Source: Janthinobacterium lividum | GTDB lineage: Bacteria; Pseudomonadota; Gammaproteobacteria; Burkholderiales; Burkholderiaceae_C | NCBI GenBank assembly: GCA_050954325.1 | Contig: JBPBPG010000002.1 | Location: 1,005,371 to 1,069,370, forward strand | Direction of reading: 5' to 3' | Length of the DNA stretch: 64,000 bases | Part shown: piece by piece, positions 25,288 to 34,814 of the stretch | How the letters are laid out: every line of letters begins with the position of its first letter | Numbering within the stretch: position 1 is the stretch's first letter | Made by a program: the position numbers and the translations under genes | Notes under the pieces: model-generated | The model's database searches: none | Told to the model about the DNA's origin: nothing | The model's input: only the letters and a program-made list of their open reading frames with translations

Positions 25288-26556
25288 TCAAGCGGTCGGC
25301 CGATCCAGGTCGAAGGCCTTGTGCAGCGCGCGCACCGCGAGTTCCATGTACTTCTCGTCGATCACGACCGACGTCTTGATCTCGCTGGTCGAGATCATCT
25401 GGATGTTGATGCCCTCTTCGCTCAACACGCGGAACATCTTGCTCGCCACGCCGACGTGGCTTCGCATGCCGATGCCGACGATGCTCACCTTGCAGATCTT
25501 CGTGTCGCCGACGATCTCCGCCGCGCCCAGGGTCGGCAGCACCTTCGACTTCAGGAGGTCGACCGTGCGCGCATAGTCGTTGCGGTTGACGGTGAAGCTG
25601 AAGTCGGTTTTTCCGTCCTTGCTCAGGTTCTGGATGATCACGTCGACGTCGACATTGGCGTCCGCCACGGCGCCGAGGATGTGATATGCGATGCCCGGCT
25701 TGTCGGGCACGCCGAGGACCGAGATCTTGGCCTCGTCGCGGTTGAAGGCGATGCCCGATACGACGGCTTGTTCCATGTTTTCGTCTTCCTCGAAAGTGAT
25801 CAGCGTACCGGAGGCCGCTTCTTCATTGATGTCGATGTCCCACGGCGTGAAGCTCGATAGCACGCGCAGCGGAACCTTGTACTTGCCGGCGAATTCGACC
25901 GAACGGATCTGCAGCACCTTGGAGCCCAGGCTCGCCATCTCCAGCATCTCCTCGAAGCTGACGGTCGCGAGCCGGCGTGCATCGGGCTCCACCCGCGGGT
26001 CGGTGGTGTAGACGCCGTCCACGTCGGTGTAGATCAGGCATTCGGCAGCCTTCATCGCGGCGGCCACCGCGACGGCGGAGGTGTCGCTGCCGCCGCGCCC
26101 GAGCGTGGTGATGTTGCCGGCGTCGTCCACGCCCTGGAAGCCGGTGATGACGACCACCTTCCCTGCATCCAGGTCGGCGCGCACGCGGGTGTCGTCGATG
26201 CTCTCGATGCGGGCCTTGGTGAAGGCGCTGTCGGTGCGCACGGAGACCTGCCAGCCCGCGTAGCTCACGGCCGGCACGCCTTCGGCCTGCAAGGCGATCG
26301 CGAGCAGTGCCGACGAAGCCTGCTCGCCGGTCGAGGCCAGCATGTCGAGCTCGCGGTCGTGCGTGGCGTCGTGCCTGTTCGTCGCCAGCTCCTTGGCCAG
26401 GCCGAGCAGGCGGTTGGTCTCGCCGCTCATCGCGCTCGGCACGACGACCATCTGGTGGCCGGCGCGCTGCCACTTGGCCACGCGCCTGGCGACGTTGCGG
26501 ATGCGCTCGGTCGAGCCCATCGACGTGCCGCCGTATTTATGAACGATCAATGCCAT
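25288..26556 (-). CDS. lysC: aspartate kinase
   Basis: HKYGGTS, TLGRGGSDTSAVA, YTDVDGVYTTDPR, two ACT domains. Confidence 0.97.
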   Translation of the reverse strand: MALIVHKYGGTSMGSTERIRNVARRVAKWQRAGHQMVVVPSAMSGETNRLLGLAKELATNRHDATHDRELDMLASTGEQASSALLAIALQAEGVPAVSYAGWQVSVRTDSAFTKARIESIDDTRVRADLDAGKVVVITGFQGVDDAGNITTLGRGGSDTSAVAVAAAMKAAECLIYTDVDGVYTTDPRVEPDARRLATVSFEEMLEMASLGSKVLQIRSVEFAGKYKVPLRVLSSFTPWDIDINEEAASGTLITFEEDENMEQAVVSGIAFNRDEAKISVLGVPDKPGIAYHILGAVADANVDVDVIIQNLSKDGKTDFSFTVNRNDYARTVDLLKSKVLPTLGAAEIVGDTKICKVSIVGIGMRSHVGVASKMFRVLSEEGINIQMISTSEIKTSVVIDEKYMELAVRALHKAFDLDRPTA

Positions 26557-26623
26557 GGGGGTTGAATCAAAGAAGAAGAACGGAACCGGGCGGTCTGCGC
26601 TGCAAGGCGAAGTGCCGAATTTG

Positions 26624-27604
26624 CTAGGGAGAAGGCGCGAAATTGTACCAACGCACCAGCTCGCCTTCTCGCTCGACGAAACCGTCCGCCACCTTCAGGC
26701 GGATGCGATGTCCGCGGGTGCGGCAGGCGTCGATCTGGTCGAGCAACTGCTGCAGCTGCGCTTCGCTCGGCACCGCCTCGTGCGCTTGCCGCAGCCAGTA
26801 TCGCAACGCGTTGGCTCGGCGCTCGCGCGTCAATGTCTGCAGACCCGCGATGCGCGGCGGCGTGCCGACCGTCGCCAGATCGATCGTCGCCAAGTCAGCC
26901 AGCAAGGTCGACGAACGGGCCGCGTTGCGGGCGCTGCGCGCGAAGGTCTCGCGAAACCGTGGCAAGACCTCGGCAAGCTCCGGCAGCAGCCGGTGGCGGA
27001 TGCGGTTGCGGGTGTAGCGCTCGTCGGTGTTGCTCGGGTCTTCGAGGAAGCCGAAGCGTTGCGACGCCAGCCATGCCCGTAACGCACCGACATGCAAGTC
27101 GAGCAACGGACGGTGAAATACGACGCCGTGGCGGCGCATGGTTCGAGGCATGCCGGCCAAGCCATCCACGCCAGCCCCTCGGCCGAGTGCGATCAGCAGC
27201 GTCTCGACCTGGTCGTCGGCATGCTGTGCGAGCGCGACATGTCCGAGGCCGCGTGCCTGCGCGAGCGCTGCGAGCGTGCGATAGCGGGCGCGCCGGGCCG
27301 CGTCTTCCGGGCTTTGTCCCGGTGCGTGTCTCGCGTCGACATGCTCGACGTGCAACGGGACATCGATGGCACGACAGGTTTCCCCGCAGTGGGCCACGAA
27401 AGCGTCGGCGGAAGTCTGCAGCCCATGGTGGACGTGAAGGGCATGCACCTGGCCCGGCCATAGCGCCGCAGCCGAACGAAGCAGGAAGGTGGAATCGGCA
27501 CCGCCGCTGTAGGCGACCGCAAAAGGCAACGGTGGCGCCCAGGCCGCGAGCAATGAGGCGGCGGGGTTTTCCATCGAATCCGAAGCTGGAAGGCCAGGCG
27601 CCAT
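26624..27604 (-). CDS. tilS: tRNA(Ile)-lysidine synthetase (short form)
   Basis: AYSGGADS, HVHHGL, EDAARRARY, AQHADDQVET, RNRIRH; start uncertain (27604 or 27574). Confidence 0.92.
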   Translation of the reverse strand: MAPGLPASDSMENPAASLLAAWAPPLPFAVAYSGGADSTFLLRSAAALWPGQVHALHVHHGLQTSADAFVAHCGETCRAIDVPLHVEHVDARHAPGQSPEDAARRARYRTLAALAQARGLGHVALAQHADDQVETLLIALGRGAGVDGLAGMPRTMRRHGVVFHRPLLDLHVGALRAWLASQRFGFLEDPSNTDERYTRNRIRHRLLPELAEVLPRFRETFARSARNAARSSTLLADLATIDLATVGTPPRIAGLQTLTRERRANALRYWLRQAHEAVPSEAQLQQLLDQIDACRTRGHRIRLKVADGFVEREGELVRWYNFAPSP

Positions 27605-27624
27605 GAAAGCGCTGCCCGACCTCA

Positions 27625-28605
27625 TCAGCGGCTGATATCGGCCTTGGTGTCGGAGAATCGACCGTAGCTCTGCAGTCTCTCATAGCGCCGTTCGAGCAGT
27701 TCCTTGACCTTGAGGTCGCTGACTTGGCGAAAAGCGTCGTTGAGCGCCCGCTTCAAGAAAGCCGCCATCTGGCGATGGTCGCGATGCGCACCGCCGACCG
27801 GCTCGTTGACGATCTTGTCGACCAGCCCGAGCGCCTTGAGCCGGTGCGCCGTGATGCCCAGCGCATCGGCGGCTTCCTGGGCCTTGTCGCTGGTCTTCCA
27901 GAGGATCGACGCGCAGCCTTCGGGACTGATGACCGAATAGATCGAATATTGCAGCATCACCAACTGGTCACCGACCGAGATCGCCAGCGCGCCACCGGAG
28001 CCGCCCTCGCCGATGATCGTCACGATGATCGGGACTTCGAGCTGCGCCATCTCGAAGATATTGCGGCCTATGGCTTCGGACTGGCCACGCTCCTCGGCAT
28101 CGATGCCGGGATACGCACCGGGTGTGTCGACGAAGGTGAAGACCGGCAGCTTGAACTTCTCCGCCGTCTTCATGAGGCGCAGCGCCTTGCGGTAGCCCTC
28201 GGGCTTGCTCATGCCGAAGTTGCGCGCCGTGCGCTCCTTGGTGTCGCGGCCCTTCTGGTGGCCGATGACCATGCAGGGCGTGCCGTTGAAGCGCGCCAGT
28301 CCGCCGACGATCGAGAGGTCGTCCGAGAAATGCCGGTCGCCGTGAAGTTCGACGAAGTCGGTGAAGATCTCGTTGACGTAGTCGAGCGTGTAGGGACGCT
28401 CCGGATGCCGGGCGATCTTGGTGATCTTCCAGGGCGTCAGGTCGCTGTAGATGTCCTTGGTGAGCTGCTGGCTCTTCTTGCCGAGCTGATCGATTTCTTC
28501 CGAGATGTCGACTGCGGATTCAGTCTGCACATAGCGCAGCTCTTCGATCTTGCTTTCGAGTTCAGCGATGGGCTGCTCGAAGTCGAGGAAGGTTCGTTTC
28601 GCCAA
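27625..28605 (-). CDS. accA: acetyl-CoA carboxylase carboxyltransferase alpha subunit (TTG start)
   Basis: [38 protein letters not shown]. Confidence 0.97.
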   Translation of the reverse strand: MAKRTFLDFEQPIAELESKIEELRYVQTESAVDISEEIDQLGKKSQQLTKDIYSDLTPWKITKIARHPERPYTLDYVNEIFTDFVELHGDRHFSDDLSIVGGLARFNGTPCMVIGHQKGRDTKERTARNFGMSKPEGYRKALRLMKTAEKFKLPVFTFVDTPGAYPGIDAEERGQSEAIGRNIFEMAQLEVPIIVTIIGEGGSGGALAISVGDQLVMLQYSIYSVISPEGCASILWKTSDKAQEAADALGITAHRLKALGLVDKIVNEPVGGAHRDHRQMAAFLKRALNDAFRQVSDLKVKELLERRYERLQSYGRFSDTKADISR

Positions 28606-28621
28606 CGTCTTCTCCTGTTGT

Positions 28622-29317
28622 TCAGTACGCGACCGGCACCGGGTCGAGCGAGCGCCAAATATACCAAGTGGCCACGCTGCAGTAAGGCGCCCAGCCGACG
28701 CCCACTTCGCGCAGGTCGCTGCGACTGACCGGCTCGCCCGAGAAGTAGTTCTGGCTCACGCCGTTGACCAGCCCGATGTCGTCGAGCGGCAGCACGTTCG
28801 GGCGCATGAGGTGGAAGATCAGGAACATCTCGGCGGTCCAGCGTCCGATGCCGCGGATCGCGACCAGCTCGTCGATGATCATCTCGTCGGTCATGTCCTT
28901 CCAGGCATTGAGGTGCACCGCACCCGACTGGAAATGGATCGCCAAATCGACCAGGTACTCGACCTTGCGCGCCGAAAGCCCGGCCGCGCGCATGTCGTCG
29001 ACCTTCAGCTTGAGGACGTCGGCCGGCGTGAACCGGCGCGGCAGCACGACCAGGCGGTCCCAGACCGCCTGCGCCGCCTTCACCGAGATCTGCTGGCCGA
29101 CGATGCTGCGCGCCAGCGTGATGAAGGCGTCGCCACGCGATTCGAGGCAAGCGTCGCCGAACTGCGGGATCAGCCGCTTCATCACGCGGTCCTTCCTCTT
29201 GAGGTGCCGGCAGGCCTCCTCCCAGTAGTCGGGTGTGATGATCTTCACCGGCACGCGTGCGTCCGGCTCCGACGAAACCGGGTCGTCGGGGTATGAATTG
29301 GTCGCCATCTTCTCCAT
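28622..29317 (-). CDS. alkA: DNA-3-methyladenine glycosylase II family (HhH-GPD)
   Basis: [33 protein letters not shown]. Confidence 0.88.
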   Translation of the reverse strand: MEKMATNSYPDDPVSSEPDARVPVKIITPDYWEEACRHLKRKDRVMKRLIPQFGDACLESRGDAFITLARSIVGQQISVKAAQAVWDRLVVLPRRFTPADVLKLKVDDMRAAGLSARKVEYLVDLAIHFQSGAVHLNAWKDMTDEMIIDELVAIRGIGRWTAEMFLIFHLMRPNVLPLDDIGLVNGVSQNYFSGEPVSRSDLREVGVGWAPYCSVATWYIWRSLDPVPVAY

Positions 29318-30693
29318 CACTGTGCAGCCGCCCATGTCGTGCCGGCGGACGAATCCTTCAGCACGATGCCCTTGGCCAGGAGTTCCTGGCGGATACGGTC
29401 GGCCTCGCCGAAATTCTTTGCCGCCTTGGCCGCCGCGCGTTCAGCGATCAGCAGCTGGATGGCCGCGTCGTCGAGCACGCTGCCGGCCTGCAGGAAGGCC
29501 TCAGGGTCGTCCTGCAGCAGGCCCAGGCAGCCGCCGAGCGCACGCAACAGCCCGGCCAGTTCGCCCGACCGCGTGCGGTTGATCTCGCCCGCCAGGTCGA
29601 ACAGTACCGCCACGGCCTCGGGCGTGCCGAAGTCCTCGTCCATCGCCGACCTGAAGCGTGCGGCATGTCCGGTTTCCCAGTCGATCGCCACGTCGACCGG
29701 CGGCACCAGATGCAACGCCGTGTAGAGCCGCTTGAGCGACGCGCGCGCGTCAAGGAGGTGCGCGTCGCTGTAGTTGAGCGGGCTGCGGTAGTGCGCACGC
29801 ACGACGAAGAACCGCACGGTCTCGGCATCGAAGCTTTTCAGCACATCGCGGATCAGGAAGAAGTTGCCCAGGCTCTTGGACATTTTCTCGTCGTCGATGT
29901 TGATGAAGCCGTTGTGCATCCAGGTGCGCGCCAGCGGCCGGCCGGTGGCGCCCTCGCTCTGCGCGATCTCGTTCTCGTGATGCGGGAACTGGAGGTCGGC
30001 GCCGCCGCCATGGATGTCGACCGTCGAGCCCAGCAAGGCGCAGGCCATCGCCGAGCACTCGATGTGCCACCCGGGCCGGCCGGTTCCGAAATCGCTTCCC
30101 CAGCGCACCTCGTCGGGCTCGGCCGGCTTGGCGCCCTTCCAGAGCACGAAGTCCAGAGGATCGTCCTTGCCGTCGAGCACCGCGACACGCTCGCCCGCAT
30201 GAAGCTCGTCCAGCGACTTGCCGCTCAGCTTGCCGTAACCGGCGAACTTGCGCACCGCGTAGTTGACGTCGCCGTTCGGCGCGCGATAGGCCAGCCCCTT
30301 CTCCTCCAGCGCGCCGATCATCGAGAGCATCTGCGGCACGTGATCGGTGGCGCGCGGCTCGTGCGTGGGACGCTCGACGCCTAGCGTGTCGGCGTCGAAA
30401 TGCAGCGCGTCGATCATGCGATCGGTCAGGGCGCGGACGGTCTCGCCGTTTTCGGTCGCGCGGCGGATGATCTTGTCGTCGATGTCAGTGATGTTGCGCA
30501 CGTAGCTGACCCTGAGGCCGCCCTGGCGCAGCCAGCGCTGCACCACGTCGAAGGCGATCATCGAGCGCGCGTGCCCGATGTGACAGAAGTCGTAGACCGT
30601 CATGCCGCAGACGTACATGCGGACATGGCCGGGTTCCAGCGGGGAAAACTCCTCCAGTGCACGCGTCAGCGTGTTGTAGATGCGCAAGCTCAT
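29317..30693 (-). CDS. cysS: cysteine--tRNA ligase
   Basis: [31 protein letters not shown]. Confidence 0.98.
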   Translation of the reverse strand: MSLRIYNTLTRALEEFSPLEPGHVRMYVCGMTVYDFCHIGHARSMIAFDVVQRWLRQGGLRVSYVRNITDIDDKIIRRATENGETVRALTDRMIDALHFDADTLGVERPTHEPRATDHVPQMLSMIGALEEKGLAYRAPNGDVNYAVRKFAGYGKLSGKSLDELHAGERVAVLDGKDDPLDFVLWKGAKPAEPDEVRWGSDFGTGRPGWHIECSAMACALLGSTVDIHGGGADLQFPHHENEIAQSEGATGRPLARTWMHNGFINIDDEKMSKSLGNFFLIRDVLKSFDAETVRFFVVRAHYRSPLNYSDAHLLDARASLKRLYTALHLVPPVDVAIDWETGHAARFRSAMDEDFGTPEAVAVLFDLAGEINRTRSGELAGLLRALGGCLGLLQDDPEAFLQAGSVLDDAAIQLLIAERAAAKAAKNFGEADRIRQELLAKGIVLKDSSAGTTWAAAQ

Positions 30694-30956
30694 GGGATTC
30701 GGGAGCGTCGATTCGCAGCGGGCCGTCGCGGTCGACGAACATGCGCCGGACGGTCGTCGGCCACGGACGATCGACAGGGTTTTCAGGAGAGAGAGGTCTG
30801 GCGCAGAGAGGTGGAACATGGCCCCTCGGCTACAATTGCCCGAAGTATAAACGGCCCTCGACGGGCTTTCTCCGGGTGGTTTCGCGCAGGGCCTTTCGGC
30901 AGTTTTGCCGGTATTGCCGCTATCGCCACTCGCGCCAGACCATCATCCGAGGCTTC

Positions 30957-31583
30957 ATGAAGCACGCCGTTCCCGCCCCGCTCCCACGTTCAGCTGCAGA
31001 CCAGTCCGTCACTTCGTCTCGCACGCTCGCGCGCCGACTGGGCATGGGGGCGATACTGTGCTTGTCGGCGGCGCTGCCGGCCTGGGCCAGCGACTATTCG
31101 GACGTCAACCAGCTGCTGCGACAGGGCAAGCCGGCCGAGGCGCTGGCCAGGGCCGACGCCTACATCGCCGGCAAGCCGCGCGACCCGCAGATGCGCTTCC
31201 TGCGCGGCGTCATACTCACCGAGCAGGGCAACAACGCCGACGCCACCGCGACCTTCACCAAGCTCACGCAGGATTTCCCCGAACTGCCGGAGCCGTACAA
31301 CAACCTCGCGGCGCTGTATGCGCAGCAGAGCAAGTTCGACCAGGCACGCGACGCGCTGGAAACGGCGATCAAGCTCAATCCTTCCTACGCCACCGCCTAC
31401 GAGAACCTCGGTGACGTCTACGCACGGCTCGCCGCGCAGTCGTACAGCCGCTCCCAGCAGCTGGCGCCGGGCATCGCGACGCCCGCGCCCAAGCTCGCCC
31501 TCATCCGCCAGATCTTCACCACCCCCGGCAATGCGACGTTGCCGGCAGCCCCCGATGCGCGACGCGCAGCGAACCGCAAGTAA
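30957..31583 (+). CDS. exported tetratricopeptide repeat protein
   Basis: Signal peptide, PELPEPYNNLA, YATAYENLGDVY TPRs. Confidence 0.85.
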   Translation: MKHAVPAPLPRSAADQSVTSSRTLARRLGMGAILCLSAALPAWASDYSDVNQLLRQGKPAEALARADAYIAGKPRDPQMRFLRGVILTEQGNNADATATFTKLTQDFPELPEPYNNLAALYAQQSKFDQARDALETAIKLNPSYATAYENLGDVYARLAAQSYSRSQQLAPGIATPAPKLALIRQIFTTPGNATLPAAPDARRAANRK

Positions 31584-31593
31584 GCACCGGGCC

Positions 31594-32199
31594 ATGCAAC
31601 CGAAAGCGTTCTCGATGTTCACCTCTTTCCTTTTTTCCCGCCGCGCTGCACTTGCTGTCGCAGCGTCGCTCGCGTTCGCGGGCGCCGCCTCCGCGCAGAC
31701 GGCACCGCGCGTCAAGCTGGCCACTTCGGCCGGCGACATCGTGGTCGAACTCGCGCCCGACAAGGCCCCCAAGACGGTCGCGAACTTCCTGCAGTACGTG
31801 AACGACAAGCACTACAACGGGACCGTGTTCCACCGCGTGATCGACGGCTTCATGATCCAGGGCGGTGGCTACACCGCCGACATGAAGGAGAAATCGACCC
31901 GTGCACCGGTCCCGCTCGAGGCTTCGAACGGCTTGAAGAACGACAGCTACACCATCGCCATGGCGCGCACCGGCGACCCCGACTCGGCCACCTCGCAGTT
32001 CTTCATCAACGTGAAGAACAACGCCATGCTCGACGCGCCCAACCCCGACGGCCACGGCTACACGGTGTTCGGCAAGGTCGTCTCGGGCCAGGAAGTGGTC
32101 GACAAGATCCGCACGGTGCAGACCGGCAACAAGGGCCGCATGCAGAACGTGCCGCTCGAACCCATCGTCATCCAGTCCGCCACCGTCGTGGCGAAATAA
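31594..32199 (+). CDS. ppiA: periplasmic cyclophilin peptidyl-prolyl isomerase
   Basis: Signal peptide, FHRVIDGFMIQGGG, AMART..PDSATSQFFIN. Confidence 0.92.
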   Translation: MQPKAFSMFTSFLFSRRAALAVAASLAFAGAASAQTAPRVKLATSAGDIVVELAPDKAPKTVANFLQYVNDKHYNGTVFHRVIDGFMIQGGGYTADMKEKSTRAPVPLEASNGLKNDSYTIAMARTGDPDSATSQFFINVKNNAMLDAPNPDGHGYTVFGKVVSGQEVVDKIRTVQTGNKGRMQNVPLEPIVIQSATVVAK

Positions 32200-32214
32200 C
32201 AGAGGAGCTTTCCC

Positions 32215-32727
32215 ATGAGCAATCCCCAGGTCGAACTCACCATCAAGAACTACGGCTCCATCACCCTCGAACTCGATCGCGCCAAGGCGCCCAAGTCGGT
32301 CGAAAACTTCCTGGCCTATGCCAGGAAAGGCCATTACGACAACACCGTCTTCCACCGCGTGATCCCGGGTTTCATGGTCCAGGGCGGCGGCTTCGAGCCA
32401 GGCATGAAGCAGAAGCCTTCCGACGCGGAGATCGAGAACGAGGCCAACAACGGCCTGAAGAACGACAAGTACACCGTCGCCATGGCGCGCACCAGCGCCC
32501 CGCATTCGGCGACCGCGCAGTTCTTCATCAACATCGCCGACAACGGCTTCCTGAACCACACTGCGCCTTCCGCGCAGGGCTGGGGCTACGCGGTGTTCGG
32601 CAAGGTCGTCGCCGGCACCGACGTGGTCGACAAGATCAAGGGCGTGAAGACCGGCAACAAGGGCCATCATGGTGACGTACCGGTCGAAGACGTCGTGATC
32701 GAGAAAGCCACGATCACGGTCGAGTGA
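32215..32727 (+). CDS. ppiB: cytoplasmic cyclophilin peptidyl-prolyl isomerase
   Basis: [33 protein letters not shown]. Confidence 0.95.
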   Translation: MSNPQVELTIKNYGSITLELDRAKAPKSVENFLAYARKGHYDNTVFHRVIPGFMVQGGGFEPGMKQKPSDAEIENEANNGLKNDKYTVAMARTSAPHSATAQFFINIADNGFLNHTAPSAQGWGYAVFGKVVAGTDVVDKIKGVKTGNKGHHGDVPVEDVVIEKATITVE

Positions 32728-32746
32728 TCCCCAAGCGCTGCGCGAG

Positions 32747-33562
32747 ATGAACGACCCCGCGACCGGTCGGGCCGATCCGGCTTTCGCCGAACTCGTCGCG
32801 CCGGCCGCTTGGCGCACGGTCGACCTGATCGCCGACCTGCATCTGCAGGCCGGCGAGCCGGAGACTTTCGATGCCTGGCGCGGCTACCTCGAAACCACGC
32901 CCGCCGATGCGATCTTCATCCTGGGCGACCTGTTCGAGGTCTGGGTCGGCGACGACGCTGCGTCGGTCGCGGGCTTCGAGGCGCGATGTGCCGCGCTGCT
33001 GCGTCGGGCTTCCGAACGCCACCCCATCTTCTTCATGCATGGCAATCGCGACTTTCTCGTCGGCCAGGCTTTCGCGACGCAGTGCGGCATGACGATGCTC
33101 GCCGACCCCACGGTGCTGGTGCTGCACGGCGAGCGTTGGCTGCTCAGCCACGGCGACGCGCTCTGCACCGACGATACCGACTACATCCTTTTTCGCGCTC
33201 AGGTGCGTGCGCCGGCTTGGCAGCAAGCCTTTCTGGCCAAGCCGCTCGAAGAGCGCCGCGCCCTCGGGCGCGCGATGCGTGCGCGAAGCGAAGCCACAAA
33301 ACGCGACATGAGCTCGGTCTGGGCCGATGTCGACGCCGACGCGGCGCGTGCATGGCTCGACAACGCGAATGCCCGCGTGCTGGTCCATGGCCACACGCAT
33401 CGGCCGGCCGAGCATTCGCTCGACGACATCGGTGACAGGACAGCCACGCCGAGCGGTCTGCGCCGCATCGTCCTGAGCGATTGGGATGCCTCAACGCATC
33501 CGCCGCGCGCCCAGGCGCTGTGTCTTTCGCCTGCGGGCGCACTGCGCGTCGACATCCGCTGA
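32747..33562 (+). CDS. lpxH: UDP-2,3-diacylglucosamine diphosphatase
   Basis: DLHL, GDLFEVWVGDD, HGNRDF, SHGDALC, HGHTHRP; conserved position after ppiB. Confidence 0.93.
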   Translation: MNDPATGRADPAFAELVAPAAWRTVDLIADLHLQAGEPETFDAWRGYLETTPADAIFILGDLFEVWVGDDAASVAGFEARCAALLRRASERHPIFFMHGNRDFLVGQAFATQCGMTMLADPTVLVLHGERWLLSHGDALCTDDTDYILFRAQVRAPAWQQAFLAKPLEERRALGRAMRARSEATKRDMSSVWADVDADAARAWLDNANARVLVHGHTHRPAEHSLDDIGDRTATPSGLRRIVLSDWDASTHPPRAQALCLSPAGALRVDIR

Positions 33563-33567
33563 CGGCC

Positions 33568-34359
33568 ATGTTCCGATGGCTGCGCGCCTTGCGGGCCGCT
33601 CCCCCGATTCCAGACACGGTCTGGCAGGCGACGCTCGCGCGCTACCCGTTCCTCGCAAAACGCCCTCCGGCCGATGTCGAGGGGCTGCGGACGTTGGCCG
33701 CCGAATTTCTGCGCGACAAGGAATTCCACGGCGCCCATGGTTTCGTCGTCACCGACGAAGTCGCGGTCGCCGTCGCGGCACAGGCAGTGCTTCCGATCCT
33801 CTATCTGCCGGGAGGCCTGGACTGGTACGACGACTTCGTCGGCATCGTGATGCATTCGGCCGAGGTCGTCGCACACCGCAAGACGGTCGACGAAGCGGGC
33901 GTCGTGCACGAATACGAGGAAGTGCTCGCCGGCGAAGCGATGGACCGCGGGCCGGTGATGCTGAGCTGGCAGGACGTGCTCGCCAGCAGCATTGCGACCG
34001 AGGACGGTTACAACGTCGTCATCCACGAGTTCGCGCACAAGCTCGACATGCGCGGCGGTGCGGCCGACGGCTGCCCGCCGTTGCCGCCCGGCTTCGGCGG
34101 AATGTCGAACCCACGCGACGCGCATGCCGCATGGGTGGCGGTAATGGAACCCGCCTACGCGACCTTCAGGGAGCGCACGATCCTCGCCGAGCGCTTCGGC
34201 GGCGAGACGCCTTGGCTGGATGCCTACGGTGCGGAGTCGGTCGCCGAATTCTTCGCCGTGGCCTGCGAAGGGTATTTCGTCAATCGCGAAGCTTTGGGAC
34301 AGGACTTTCCCACCGTGCGCGAGCTGTTCGACACGTTCTTCCTCAAAGATCCGAAATGA
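33568..34359 (+). CDS. mtfA: M90 family zinc peptidase MtfA-like
   Basis: NVVIHEFAHKLD, EFFAVACEGYF, GPVMLSWQD. Confidence 0.88.
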   Translation: MFRWLRALRAAPPIPDTVWQATLARYPFLAKRPPADVEGLRTLAAEFLRDKEFHGAHGFVVTDEVAVAVAAQAVLPILYLPGGLDWYDDFVGIVMHSAEVVAHRKTVDEAGVVHEYEEVLAGEAMDRGPVMLSWQDVLASSIATEDGYNVVIHEFAHKLDMRGGAADGCPPLPPGFGGMSNPRDAHAAWVAVMEPAYATFRERTILAERFGGETPWLDAYGAESVAEFFAVACEGYFVNREALGQDFPTVRELFDTFFLKDPK

Positions 34360-34813
34360 GCCGCTTGCCGAGCACGACGACGTCGTCCTCGGCATAACCG
34401 AGCTCGCGATAGAACGCGATCACGGTCGCGTTCTCGCGGCGTACCATGAGAGTCAGCTTGGGGCAACCGCGTTCGGTCAGCAGTCGCTCCGCACGATCCA
34501 TCAACGCACGGCCCAACGCGCGACGCTGCATCCCGGGTGCGACGGCAAGGTAGTAGACCCATCCGCGATGACCGTCGAAGCCCGCCATCGCGGAGCCAAC
34601 GACCGTACCACCCTCTTCCGCATTTGTGCAGGCGACCAGAAACATGTCGGGCTGCGCTGTCGCCTTGCGTGCGATGTCCTTGTATGGGTCGTTCCAGGCG
34701 CGGGTCAGCCCGCACTCGCGCCATAGCGCTACGACGGCATCCGCATCCCCCGGCGCGAAGACGCGGACGACGAAACCCGGCTCTTCTTCGGCCCGCCCGG
34801 GGCTTGCCATCAC
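34343..34813 (-). CDS. GNAT family acetyltransferase (YpeA-like)
   Basis: WNDPYKDIARK, AGFDGHRGWVYYLAV, GCPKLTLMVR. Confidence 0.88.
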   Translation of the reverse strand: MMASPGRAEEEPGFVVRVFAPGDADAVVALWRECGLTRAWNDPYKDIARKATAQPDMFLVACTNAEEGGTVVGSAMAGFDGHRGWVYYLAVAPGMQRRALGRALMDRAERLLTERGCPKLTLMVRRENATVIAFYRELGYAEDDVVVLGKRLISDL

Positions 34814-34814
34814 G

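Noticed and set aside
26624-27604. Short TilS as a truncated pseudogene
   Set aside because: All catalytic motifs are intact, short TilS forms lacking the distal C-terminal domain are known, and the gene is normally essential.
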